Source: an uncultured Acidimicrobiales bacterium | GTDB taxonomy: Bacteria > Actinomycetota > Acidimicrobiia > Acidimicrobiales > UBA10347 | Assembly (NCBI GenBank): GCA_943788915.1 | Contig: CALSSD010000005.1 | Span: forward strand, 372,001 to 436,000 | Reading direction: 5' to 3' | DNA length: 64,000 bases | In this document: positions 40,210 through 49,851 of the stretch, one piece after another | How the letters are laid out: the number at the start of each line of letters is the position of its first letter | How positions within the stretch are numbered: position 1 is the first letter of the stretch | Translations under genes and position numbers: made by a program | Notes under the pieces: generated by a model | Told to the model about the DNA's origin: nothing | What the model saw: only the letters and a program-made list of their open reading frames with translations | Database searches by the model: none

Positions 40210-41034
40210 ATGGCTGAAGAAGTACTACTCGTCGACGACCCAGCGCCCAAGATCCGGCGACTCACGCTGAATCGCCCGGACAAACGCAACGCGTTGGACG
40301 ACAGCTTGCGAGGCGCACTGTTCGACGCGCTACGGGCTGGTGATCGTGACAAGGACGTCTCCGTCATGATCGTGCGAGGCGCCGGAAGCTGCTTCTCCGC
40401 CGGGTACGACCTGAGCAAGCCCAACCGCCCGGTGGAGCGAGCGATTGCCTATCAAGATGGCTGGTGGGCCCGCCACGTGGTCAACAACTGGTTCGAGATG
40501 TGGGACATGTCGACACCGATCATTGGCCAGGTCCACGGTTGGTGTCTCGCCGGTGGAAGCGAACTCGCAACCGCTTGTGACCTGGTCTACGTCGCCGACG
40601 ATGCCCAGATCGGTTATCCGCCTGTGCGGCTCATGTCGCCGCCCGACATGCAATGGCAAACCTGGATGATGGGGTTGCGCAGGGGCATGGAAGCACTGCT
40701 GACCGGCGATGCAATGTCAGGCACCGAAGCGGTCGATTCGGGCTTTGCCAACCGGGCCTTCTCCGAAGGGGACCTGGATACCGAGGTGCTGAAGATCGCC
40801 AACCGCATTGCCAAGATCCCACCGGACTTGTTGGCGATAAACAAACGATCAGCCCACCGTGCCATGGAAGCAATGGGTATCCGCGACGGCATCCGAGCCA
40901 CGACCGAGCTCCAAGCACTCGCGTTCCATCAACCATCGTCGCTCGCTTACCGCGACGGTTTCGCCGACGGCAACCTGACCGACAAACTCAGCGAACGAGA
41001 CGAAACCTTCGGCGACTACCGGACCACCGACTAA
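40210..41034 (+). CDS. Enoyl-CoA hydratase/isomerase family protein
   Basis: LNRPDKRNAL, FSAGYDL and HGWCLAGGSELATACD motifs. Confidence 0.92.
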   Translation: MAEEVLLVDDPAPKIRRLTLNRPDKRNALDDSLRGALFDALRAGDRDKDVSVMIVRGAGSCFSAGYDLSKPNRPVERAIAYQDGWWARHVVNNWFEMWDMSTPIIGQVHGWCLAGGSELATACDLVYVADDAQIGYPPVRLMSPPDMQWQTWMMGLRRGMEALLTGDAMSGTEAVDSGFANRAFSEGDLDTEVLKIANRIAKIPPDLLAINKRSAHRAMEAMGIRDGIRATTELQALAFHQPSSLAYRDGFADGNLTDKLSERDETFGDYRTTD

Positions 41035-41106
41035 CGAACACCGTAGCGACAGCCAGAACCAGTGCCGTTCGCTGCAGCGGCAGAAGTCCGAGTTGCTAGC
41101 TACCTG

Positions 41107-41583
41107 TCAGCTGGCTCGGCGGGAGGAGATAACGCCGGTGTTGAAGCCTGCCTGGTGTAATCCGCCAGCGAATCGAGCGTGTTCGATTTTGGTGCAGCGG
41201 TCCATCACGACCTCGAGCCCCGCCTCCGTGGCAATAGCGGCGGCCTCGTCGGAGACGATGCCCAACTGCAACCACAGCGTGGTGGCCCCGAGAGCGGCCG
41301 CTTGGCGGGCAATAGCTGGACAGTCACTCGGTTTGCGAAACACATCGACCATGTCGGGCACGACCGGGAGAGCATCCAACGACGGGTAACACGTGACACC
41401 GTTGATCTCGGTCTCACCCGGATTCACCGGGTAGAGATCGAAGTCACACATCGACGACGCCAGGTAGGTCATAACGAAGTTGCTAGAGCGCGACGGATTC
41501 GATGAAGCCCCTACCACGGCGATAGAACGAGTTCGGTCCAGGATCTTCTTGCGGCTACTGGCGCTGAGTTCGTCATAGGTCAC
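41107..41583 (-). CDS. CoA-binding protein (YccU-like)
   Basis: IAVVGASSNPSRSS, YPVNP, DMVDVFR, LWLQLG and MDRCTKIEH motifs. Confidence 0.9.
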   Translation of the reverse strand: MTYDELSASSRKKILDRTRSIAVVGASSNPSRSSNFVMTYLASSMCDFDLYPVNPGETEINGVTCYPSLDALPVVPDMVDVFRKPSDCPAIARQAAALGATTLWLQLGIVSDEAAAIATEAGLEVVMDRCTKIEHARFAGGLHQAGFNTGVISSRRAS

Positions 41584-41621
41584 CTTCTAATTGTGGCCTG
41601 CGCCCGGCATTTGCGCCAGCT

Positions 41622-42302
41622 GTGGGGCAAACTGACACGGTGCGATCGAGACTTCCCTTCCTCATGTGCCTCGTAGCTGCGGTCACGGTGCTCGCTGCGT
41701 GCTCCTCTACCACCGCGGTGTCGAGCGACGACCAGACGACCCCATCTGCTGGAGCTGCCGACATCGACGCTGCAGGAGACAACGCATCGGACTCCCCACA
41801 GGAGCTGTCCGAAGACGACCGCGACTCGGCGACCGCAGATACCGACGCTGCGGATGCAGCAGCTGAAGATGACGACCACACAGTCACGGGGGGAGAAACT
41901 GATGCCACCGAGGGCTTCGGCCTTGGCGGCGCCGAGCAGATCGAAAGCCTGGTGGATGATTGCCAGGACGACAACGACTTGGCGTGTGACATCCTGTTTC
42001 AGATCTCGGCGTTCAACTCTGACGAAGAACGTACAGCCGTCACCTGCGGCGGCCGTAGCGACGCCGAAGTCTCGTTCTGCACTGCTGGCATAGACGCTGG
42101 CGCCGACGAGTTCCTCTTCGATCCAGACAGCGACGGACTCGACAGAGTGGTCGAGGCTTGCGAGGTCGACGGCAACATGACAGCCTGCGACTTCCTGTAT
42201 TACCGATCTCCGATCGACAGCGAGTTTCAAGAGATCGGCGGCACCTGCGGCGGCCGTGTGAACGTGGCCGTTCCTGACTGCCGGTCGATCATCGACGAGT
42301 AG
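41622..42302 (+). CDS. Acidic lipoprotein with two Cys-rich repeats
   Basis: Lipobox LAAC, Asp/Ala-rich linker and two C..(D/G)..ACD.L...S...S........TCGGR units; exact start uncertain. Confidence 0.78.
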   Translation: MGQTDTVRSRLPFLMCLVAAVTVLAACSSTTAVSSDDQTTPSAGAADIDAAGDNASDSPQELSEDDRDSATADTDAADAAAEDDDHTVTGGETDATEGFGLGGAEQIESLVDDCQDDNDLACDILFQISAFNSDEERTAVTCGGRSDAEVSFCTAGIDAGADEFLFDPDSDGLDRVVEACEVDGNMTACDFLYYRSPIDSEFQEIGGTCGGRVNVAVPDCRSIIDE

Positions 42303-42312
42303 CGGTGGCGAA

Positions 42313-43587
42313 CTAACCCAGGGCCTGATCGAGATCCCACAGGATGTCGTCGAGATCTTCGAGCCCGACTGACAACCGAATCATGTCGCCGCCGACACCC
42401 GCTGCCTCCAGCTGCTCTTCGGTGAGCTGTTGATGTGTTGTCGACGCTGGATGGATGACGAGTGTACGAGCATCACCGACGTTGGCCAGATGGCTGATGA
42501 GTTCGAGTTTCTCAATGAAACTCTGACCAGCTTCGCGTCCACCTTTGACTCCAAACGTGAAGATCGCGCCAGCTCCACGCGGCAAATACTTGGCTGCGAG
42601 CGATCGGTACGGCGAGTCGTCTAGGTCAGCATGAGCGACCCAGCTGACCCGAGGATCTGCATCGAGCCACTTTGCAACCGCCTGCGCATTCCGCACATGT
42701 TCGTCCATACGGAGAGGAAGCGTCTCGAGTCCTTGCAGCAGCATGAATGCGTTAAACGGCGACAACGACGCTCCAACGTCGCGGAGTTGTTCGGATCGAA
42801 GCGCCATGCAATAGGCGTACTCGCCAAAATTGCCGTGCCATTGGAGTCCGTTGTAGGTCGGCACCGGTTCTGTCATTCGGGGGAAACGGCCTGAGCTCCA
42901 GTCAAAGGTGCCGGCCTCGGTGACAACCCCACCAATGCTGGTGCCGTGGCCGCCGATGAACTTGGTGGCCGAGTGCACCACAACGTCGGCACCCCACTCC
43001 ATAGGTCGGCACAACCATGGTGTCGCGAATGTGGAATCGACCATGAGCGGAAGTCCGTGACTGTGTGCAACATCGGCCAGGGCTTCGAGGTCGGCGACCG
43101 CACCACCAGGGTTACCGATGATCTCGGTGTAGACGGCCTTGGTCTCGGGCCGAATCGCGGCGGCGAATGCGTCGGCGTCGGTGTTTGACACGAAGGTCGT
43201 ATCAACACCGAAGCGTCGCATCGTGGTGTCGAAGAGTGTGTAGGTGCCGCCGTACACACCCGATGCAGCAACGATGTGGTCGCCCGCACCTGCCAACGTC
43301 GACATCGCCAGGAAGGCGGCAGCCTGACCGCTTGCTGTGGCGACTGCGCCGATGGCCCCTTCGAGGCTGGCCATGCGTTCCTCGAACGCGGCCGTGGTCG
43401 GGTTGGAGATGCGGCTGTAGATCGTGCCGAACTTCTGGAGCGCAAACAGATCAGCGGCGTCGGCCGTGTCTTCGAAGACAAAACTCGTGGACTGATAGAT
43501 AGGAACCGCTCGGGCGCCGGTGGCGGAGTCGGGCTGGCCGCCGGCATGCAGCGTGCGGGTCTTGAAACCAAATTCGTGATCACTCAT
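42313..43587 (-). CDS. metY: O-acetylhomoserine aminocarboxypropyltransferase (sulfhydrylase)
   Basis: [31 protein letters not shown] and [22 protein letters not shown] motifs. Confidence 0.92.
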   Translation of the reverse strand: MSDHEFGFKTRTLHAGGQPDSATGARAVPIYQSTSFVFEDTADAADLFALQKFGTIYSRISNPTTAAFEERMASLEGAIGAVATASGQAAAFLAMSTLAGAGDHIVAASGVYGGTYTLFDTTMRRFGVDTTFVSNTDADAFAAAIRPETKAVYTEIIGNPGGAVADLEALADVAHSHGLPLMVDSTFATPWLCRPMEWGADVVVHSATKFIGGHGTSIGGVVTEAGTFDWSSGRFPRMTEPVPTYNGLQWHGNFGEYAYCMALRSEQLRDVGASLSPFNAFMLLQGLETLPLRMDEHVRNAQAVAKWLDADPRVSWVAHADLDDSPYRSLAAKYLPRGAGAIFTFGVKGGREAGQSFIEKLELISHLANVGDARTLVIHPASTTHQQLTEEQLEAAGVGGDMIRLSVGLEDLDDILWDLDQALG

Positions 43588-43631
43588 TGGTTGCACTCTC
43601 TCACATAGCGATCGGTGAGGACTGACCGTGG

Positions 43632-44447
43632 CTACAGGTACGGGGCGAGAACCGGTTCAAGGAACGCAGCGATCCCGCCAGCTTCGACGGTTGTCGTGAC
43701 GTGATCGGCTGCATCCTGCACGTGCGAACCGGCGTTGCCCATCGCTACACCCGTACCGGCCCATTGCAACATCTCGATGTCGTTGCCGCCGTCGCCGAAC
43801 GCAACGACGTCGGCCGCGGAGATACCGAGATGGTCAACGAGTACCTGCAGCGCTACTGCCTTGTTGTCGCCTCGCGGCGACACATCGACGATGGGCAGGC
43901 CACCAAACTGCACCTGGCAGCGATCATCGATCAGACTGGACACCATGGCCGCAAGTTCATCGAGCCGATGGTCATAGTTGTCGTGAAACGGAATCAACCG
44001 TCGCACGCGGCTTAGGTCGGTGGGCAAGGCGCCGAGCACGTCGTTCACCGGAGGACGCACATGAGGCTCGGGGACTCGACGGGAGAAGCCGGGCTCTTCA
44101 ATGATCGAATCGGCCAGTTCGACAGCGAACCCGACACCGGGCAACAACGTCCGCATGCCGTGAATGACCGGCAATACGACGTCGGCAGGAAGACATCGGT
44201 CGCGCAGCAGTTGTCCGGTGGCCACCTCGAACAACACTGAACCGTTGCCGCAGGCCATCCAATCAGCGCCACCGACATGGTCCAATGTATGCTCAGCGAC
44301 CGCCATTGGCCGTCCTGTTGCCAGCGTTATCGGGATGCCGAGTGTTCGTAGTTGCGACAACATGCGAGCTGTCGACGCCATGACGTTGCCGTCCCAGTCA
44401 ACGAGCGTGCCGTCGACATCGAACACAACCAGCTTCGGAATCTGCAC
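43632..44447 (-). CDS. Cof-type HAD-IIB hydrolase
   Basis: FDVDGTL, ATGR and K..AL..AFGDGGNDIEML motifs; start GTG 44447. Confidence 0.9.
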   Translation of the reverse strand: MQIPKLVVFDVDGTLVDWDGNVMASTARMLSQLRTLGIPITLATGRPMAVAEHTLDHVGGADWMACGNGSVLFEVATGQLLRDRCLPADVVLPVIHGMRTLLPGVGFAVELADSIIEEPGFSRRVPEPHVRPPVNDVLGALPTDLSRVRRLIPFHDNYDHRLDELAAMVSSLIDDRCQVQFGGLPIVDVSPRGDNKAVALQVLVDHLGISAADVVAFGDGGNDIEMLQWAGTGVAMGNAGSHVQDAADHVTTTVEAGGIAAFLEPVLAPYL

Positions 44448-44494
44448 GTCGGCGAGCGTACTGTGGACGTTCCACGTGGCACGAGTGCACGGAG

Positions 44495-44890
44495 ATGTCC
44501 CTGAGTAAACGGCTCGAGGGCAAGGTAGCTGTCGTCGTCGGTGGCGCCAACGGTTTCGGCGTGACCACATCCGAGCTGTTCGTGAAACACAGCGCCCATA
44601 GAGATATCGCCAGCGGCGCAGTGAGCTCGCATCAAGGTTGGCTGAACGCTTGGGCGGCACCGGTGTGACCTGCATCATCACCGACTTCGACCAGCTCGAA
44701 TCGGCAACTGATCAGATTATGGCGATCACCACGACACGCCAGGTGGCTCGACCATTTCGACCTCGTCGCTCACCGTCCCAAACCCTGGCCGCGGGTTAGC
44801 CGGCTACGCGGCATCAAAAGCGGGCCTGGAGTCCGCAACCCAGATCGCAGCGCGTGTGTACGGGCCGAGCGCGTGCCCTGCGCGCTCTAG
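44495..44890 (+). pseudogene. Collapsed remnant of an SDR-family oxidoreductase
   Basis: MSLSKRLEGKVAVVVGGANGFG (Rossmann motif), then frameshifts and GGSTISTSSL..GLAGYAASKAGLE (YxxxK). The middle and C-terminus are deleted. Confidence 0.8.
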
Positions 44891-44932
44891 ACGGTTCTAG
44901 GGCGCGACCGCTGGACATGGTTGAATGCAGGT

Positions 44933-45751
44933 ATGCGCTTTCTTGGATTTGATGTTGATGGTGTCGGCTCGATCGGTCTCGTCGACGGGGCAGCCGTGCG
45001 CCGGCTGTGCACGATCGACGAGTTCTATGGAGACCTTGACCATTGGCGAAACGCTGAAGCCACTGGCGATCCGATCGCACTCGACGACATCACCCGCGTC
45101 CCACCCGTGCCGCAAACCGCCAAGGTGCTGTGCTTGGGGTTGAACTACGCCGCCCACATCTCCGAGACCGGAAGCCAGCGTCCTGACTATCCGAATATCT
45201 TCGCCAAGTGGTACGCCTCGCTCTCAAGCCATGGCGACGAAGTACCGGTGCCCACCGGCGATGACCGCTTCGACTGGGAATGCGAGATGGCCGTGATCAT
45301 CGGCGCACCCCTGACCGACACCGCCGAGGCCGACGCCATGGACGGCGTCCTCGGCTACACCTGTTTCAACGACATCAGTGCCCGTGGCTACCAACGACGC
45401 ACCCATCAGTGGGCGATTGGCAAGAACCCCGACCGCTCGGCGCCGATTGGCCCCGTCGTGGTGACCGCCGACGAGTTTGGCGACCCGTACGGCAAGCGTA
45501 TTTCGACCCGGGTCAATGGCGAAACCCGCCAAGACGGCACCACCGACATGATGTTATTCAAGATCGCCGAGACGATCGAATACATCACCGCAGGCACGTC
45601 ACTTCGGCCTGGCGACGTGATTGCAACCGGCACGCCGTCGGGTGTTGGCGACAAGATGGACCCACCCACGTACCTCACTGCGGGCGACACTGTCGAAATC
45701 GAAATTGAAGACATCGGTGTGCTGCAAAGCAGAATCGTTGCTCGGGGGTAA
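44933..45751 (+). CDS. Fumarylacetoacetate hydrolase family protein
   Basis: CLGLNYAAH, DWECE, NDISAR and LRPGDVIATGTPSGVG motifs. Confidence 0.93.
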   Translation: MRFLGFDVDGVGSIGLVDGAAVRRLCTIDEFYGDLDHWRNAEATGDPIALDDITRVPPVPQTAKVLCLGLNYAAHISETGSQRPDYPNIFAKWYASLSSHGDEVPVPTGDDRFDWECEMAVIIGAPLTDTAEADAMDGVLGYTCFNDISARGYQRRTHQWAIGKNPDRSAPIGPVVVTADEFGDPYGKRISTRVNGETRQDGTTDMMLFKIAETIEYITAGTSLRPGDVIATGTPSGVGDKMDPPTYLTAGDTVEIEIEDIGVLQSRIVARG

Positions 45752-45845
45752 CGCTCTAGGGCCAATCCCCGAGCACCGACCCTCTCTCATCACCCGTATC
45801 TAGCCATATCCCCCTCTACATCCCCCTCTACATAGGAGACCTGCC

Positions 45846-46820
45846 ATGCGTACTTGGCAAATGCACGAACTCGGCGATCCATGGACTGACTTGCAGCTCG
45901 ATGAGGCCGAGGCACCAACGCCCGGTCCTGGCCAAATTGGCATCGATGTCGAAGCTGTTGGCGTGGCTTTCCCCAATGTGCTGATGGCGCAGGGTAAGTA
46001 TCAGGTCAAGTCGACACCACCGTTCTCGCCCGCGGAGTCTGTCGTTGGCAGGGTGTCGTCGTTGGGCGAAGGCGTCGACTCGTTTTCAATCGGCGATCGG
46101 GTGATGACCGGCGATGGCGTTGCGCTCGCCGAGCACACCGTTGCTTCGGCCAAACGAGCGTTCCTCGCACCCGAGTCGCTTACCCCGGGCCAATCAACCG
46201 CACTTCTGGTTAACTACCCAACAACCTTGTTCGGTCTCTACGAACGGGCCCAGCTCAAAGAGGGCGAGACCGTCTTGATCACCGCCGCTGCTGGTGGTGT
46301 GGGTACCGCTGCAATCGACTTGGCCAAGGCCCGAGGCGCAACCGTGATCGCCGTCGCTGGCGGCCCCGAGAAACTCCAGGTCTGCAAGGACGTGGGCGCC
46401 GACTTCACCGTCGACTACCGAGCCACACCTGACTTCGTCGATGAGGTCCGTGAGATTTCGGGCGGCGGTGTCGACGTCTGTTACGAAGTCGTTGGCGGCG
46501 ACACCTTCCAGCATGCACGTCGTTGCATGGGTTGGGACGGCCGGCTCCTGATCATTGGTTTCGCTGGCGGCACCATTCCCGACTCACCAATGAACCACGC
46601 GTTGCTGAAGAACTACTCGATTGTTGGCGTGCATTGGGGTGCATCGATCCAGCGTGACCCGAGCTCCCTCGGCCGCCAACTCGACGAGCTCACCCAACTG
46701 GCCGACGCGGGCAAGATCTCGCCCGCCATGTACCCACCATTCGCGTTCGAAGACGCCAAGCAGGCGTTCGACGACCTCGCGCACCGCAAGACCACCGGCA
46801 AGGTCGTCGTCGAGCTGTGA
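45846..46820 (+). CDS. NADPH:quinone oxidoreductase (zeta-crystallin/MDR) family
   Basis: QGKYQ, AAAGGVG, GRLLIIGFAGG and TTGKVV motifs; RBS aggag. Confidence 0.92.
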   Translation: MRTWQMHELGDPWTDLQLDEAEAPTPGPGQIGIDVEAVGVAFPNVLMAQGKYQVKSTPPFSPAESVVGRVSSLGEGVDSFSIGDRVMTGDGVALAEHTVASAKRAFLAPESLTPGQSTALLVNYPTTLFGLYERAQLKEGETVLITAAAGGVGTAAIDLAKARGATVIAVAGGPEKLQVCKDVGADFTVDYRATPDFVDEVREISGGGVDVCYEVVGGDTFQHARRCMGWDGRLLIIGFAGGTIPDSPMNHALLKNYSIVGVHWGASIQRDPSSLGRQLDELTQLADAGKISPAMYPPFAFEDAKQAFDDLAHRKTTGKVVVEL

Positions 46821-46829
46821 TTCGGTGTT

Positions 46830-46926
46830 TCACCACTCCGTTCGGGCCGACGTTCGTCGGACATGGTGAAACCTGAAGTGGGTCGGCTCCTCTGTCACCT
46901 CCACCCGCTCGTCCCTCGCTCCCACC
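46830..46926 (+). repeat. Diverged single copy of the 103-bp REP-like unit
   Basis: Aligns by eye (~80%) to the 62058 unit; shares ggccgacgttcgtcggac and cccgctcgtccctcgctcccacc. Confidence 0.85.
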
Positions 46927-46961
46927 TGCGCTAGGGGCCGACCTTGGAGCACCACCACGTC

Positions 46962-47531
46962 ATGAATAAAAAGTCCGCAGAGCAGCCCGAGCGCAGCGGA
47001 GCGAAGAAACCGAGTCGGAGCGACGGAGGAGCGGGCAGAGCCGAGGGACGAGGCGACCAAATGGACAACAAACCATGTCCGACGAATGTTGCGCAGCGAC
47101 CATCGCCCGCCGGGACCGCAGACTCAGACGACGTCAACAGCGTTTCGGCGGGGGACGAGCCGAAAGGCGGACTTCCCCCAAGCGGAGCGAAGCAAAACTG
47201 CGACCTGTGCGAGGCGGCGCGGTTTACGCATTGGTATCACGAGGATGACACCTGTTGGATTGCGGACTGCGAAGTCTGTTCGGTACCCATGGTGGTGTGG
47301 AAACCTCATGGCACCGAACCGACCGACGCCGAGGTCGAACACATGCTCGAACAGCTTCAGGCGGCGGGTCAGACTCGCTTCGGCCACGAGCCGTTCACGC
47401 TCGACCGCGAAATGCGCACAATCCCTGATCACTGGCATGCCCATGCCCGCGACAGCGACTGGTTTCGCCTTCGTATGGCACGCCCGCTTAGCCGTTATAC
47501 AAACGTCGGGGCCGAACGCGTCGAGCGTTAA
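46962..47531 (+). CDS. HIT-like Cys/His protein; start uncertain (46962 or 47061) and N-terminus overlaps the repeat
   Basis: Core CDLC..CWIADCEVC.VPMVVW..H..IPDHWHAHAR (HxHxH) from ~47198. Confidence 0.7.
   Translation: MNKKSAEQPERSGAKKPSRSDGGAGRAEGRGDQMDNKPCPTNVAQRPSPAGTADSDDVNSVSAGDEPKGGLPPSGAKQNCDLCEAARFTHWYHEDDTCWIADCEVCSVPMVVWKPHGTEPTDAEVEHMLEQLQAAGQTRFGHEPFTLDREMRTIPDHWHAHARDSDWFRLRMARPLSRYTNVGAERVER
47014..47091 (-). repeat. Inverted, rearranged copy of the REP-like unit
   Basis: Reverse complement reads ttcgtcggacatggt...tggtc-gcctcgtccctcg...gctcctccgtcg-ctccgac. Confidence 0.7.
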
Positions 47532-47680
47532 CCAGTGCGAAACAATGATCGTTGCCCGCAATAACCGTCGGTAACTGCGCCAAATTTGGTGCAGTTGTGG
47601 GTGCAAAATGGGGCGTCTGTGATGGCCTAAGCCCACTAACTACGGCCAGACCTAGCTCTGACGGCTAACCTTCGCCCAGT

Positions 47681-48682
47681 ATGAGTGCGAGTAATCGACA
47701 ACCTGTCCTCGAGGTCTCGGGCCTGAAGACACATTTCCACACCCAAGACGGCACAGTCCACGCCGTCAACGGCGTCAGTTTCGACCTTCACCAAGGTGAA
47801 CTCCTTGCTGTCGTAGGCGAGAGCGGCTCGGGCAAGAGCGTGACGATGATGTCACTGCTTCGCTTGATTCCGATGCCTCCGGGTGAAATCGTCGGTGGCA
47901 CCGCTGAGTTCGCTGACAAGGATCTGCTGCAACTTCCTCCCGAGGAACTTCGAAAGGTCCGTGGCGGTCAGATCGGCTTTATCTTCCAGGATCCGATGAC
48001 ATCGCTCAACCCGGTGCTCACGATTGGTCGCCAGATCACTGAACCGCTGCACCTTCACACTGATCTCGACAAGAACGGCGCCAAAGAACGAGCCACCGAG
48101 CTGCTCGACATGGTCGGCATCCCCGATGCAAAAGCACGCCTCAAGGCCTATCCGCATGAACTCTCCGGTGGTATGCGTCAGCGAGTAATGATCGCAATTG
48201 CACTGGCGTGTTCACCCGAAATCATCATTGCCGATGAGCCAACCACTGCCCTCGATGTCACCATCCAGGCGCAGATTGTGGGCATTGTCAAGGATCTGCG
48301 AGAGCGACTCGACACCGCCGTCATCTGGATCACCCACGATCTCGGGGTCGTAGCTGGACTGGCTGACCGGGTACTCGTCATGTACGGCGGCCGCATCGTC
48401 GAAGAGGCACCGGTGCGCGACCTCTACGCAACACCGCTGCATCCGTACACCCAGGGTCTCCTGGCCTCCCTGCCCCGCCTCGATCAAAAGGGCCAGGAGC
48501 TGGTCAGCATTCCTGGTCAACCACCGAGCATGTACGCCGAACCTTCGGCCTGCTCGTTCGCCCCCCGCTGCCCCCATGCCTTCGACCGGTGCTTCAGCGA
48601 AGTGCCAGATTTGGTCGAGGTACGCCCCGGACACCGAAGCGCGTGCTTCTGGGATGTTGAGAATGAAAGGCCACGAGCATGA
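47681..48682 (+). CDS. oppD: Oligo/dipeptide ABC transporter ATPase (OppD/DppD)
   Basis: [30 protein letters not shown] and HPYT motifs. Confidence 0.93.
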   Translation: MSASNRQPVLEVSGLKTHFHTQDGTVHAVNGVSFDLHQGELLAVVGESGSGKSVTMMSLLRLIPMPPGEIVGGTAEFADKDLLQLPPEELRKVRGGQIGFIFQDPMTSLNPVLTIGRQITEPLHLHTDLDKNGAKERATELLDMVGIPDAKARLKAYPHELSGGMRQRVMIAIALACSPEIIIADEPTTALDVTIQAQIVGIVKDLRERLDTAVIWITHDLGVVAGLADRVLVMYGGRIVEEAPVRDLYATPLHPYTQGLLASLPRLDQKGQELVSIPGQPPSMYAEPSACSFAPRCPHAFDRCFSEVPDLVEVRPGHRSACFWDVENERPRA

Positions 48683-49689
48683 CCGACCTCACCGAAACCC
48701 CTGCTTCCAGCACCGACACCGAAGTCATCGTCAGTGTCCGCAACCTGAAGAAGCACTTTCCAATCATGGGTGGCCTTTTCCGTCGCCAGGTCAGCGCTGT
48801 CCGCGCCGTCGATGGCGTGAGCTTTGACATTCATCGTGGTGAAACACTTGGTCTCGTTGGCGAGAGCGGCTGCGGCAAGTCAACCACCGGTCGCGTGCTA
48901 CTTCAGCTCGACGATGCGACTTCTGGCAGCGTCTTCTTCGAGGATCAAGACCTAACGACACTCTCGACAGGAGCCATGCGCCGAGTGCGCCCTCGCGCAC
49001 AGATGATCTTCCAGGATCCTCATGCCTCGCTCAATCCCCGAATGACGGTTGCCTCAATTATTGGTGAACCGTTGCGTGAGCACACCAAGATGGGCCCCGT
49101 CGAGCGGCGCGATCGCATCGACGAGTTGTTGTCGATTGTGGGCCTCGATCCGTCGCACGCGAACCGTTACCCACACGAGTTCTCTGGTGGCCAGCGCCAG
49201 CGCATCGGTATCGCCCGCGCAATTGCGCTAAATCCCGACTTCATCGTCTGCGACGAACCAATCGCTGCTCTTGATGTATCGATTCAAGCCCAGGTGGTCA
49301 ACCTGCTTGAGGAGCTACAAGAGTCCCTTGGGCTCACGTATCTCTTCATCTCCCACGATCTCTCAATGGTGCGCCATATCGCCGACCGCGTGGCCGTGAT
49401 GTACCTGGGCCACATCGTCGAACTCACCGATGTCGAAAGCTTGTACGACAATCCCAAACACCCGTATACCGAGGCGTTGTTGTCTGCGGTGCCGGTGCCT
49501 GATCCTCGGGCCGAAGACATCCGTAAGCGCGTCATTCTCGAGGGCGATCTTCCAAGCCCGTCAAATCCCCCACCCGGTTGTGTGTTCAACACTCGATGCC
49601 CGATCGCTGAGCAGCGATGTTCGTCGGAAGTGCCCGAGTGGCGCGAAATCAGGCCTGCGCACTGGGTGGCCTGCCACTTCGCTAAATAA
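48679..49689 (+). CDS. oppF: Oligo/dipeptide ABC transporter ATPase (OppF/DppF)
   Basis: [21 protein letters not shown] and [10 protein letters not shown] motifs. Confidence 0.93.
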   Translation: MTDLTETPASSTDTEVIVSVRNLKKHFPIMGGLFRRQVSAVRAVDGVSFDIHRGETLGLVGESGCGKSTTGRVLLQLDDATSGSVFFEDQDLTTLSTGAMRRVRPRAQMIFQDPHASLNPRMTVASIIGEPLREHTKMGPVERRDRIDELLSIVGLDPSHANRYPHEFSGGQRQRIGIARAIALNPDFIVCDEPIAALDVSIQAQVVNLLEELQESLGLTYLFISHDLSMVRHIADRVAVMYLGHIVELTDVESLYDNPKHPYTEALLSAVPVPDPRAEDIRKRVILEGDLPSPSNPPPGCVFNTRCPIAEQRCSSEVPEWREIRPAHWVACHFAK

Positions 49690-49851
49690 GGATTCTCGAG
49701 CTGATTACCGGTCTCAGTGGCCGATCGCACGGACTTTTCGTATGTGGTCCCTCTTCTAGGAACATGGGCGCGAGCAGCGCAGGTCGGCAATTCCGGTCTA
49801 CCATGTTCGACACGCTGGTGATTGCCAGCTCCTTGGAGGAGGAATTCCTAT

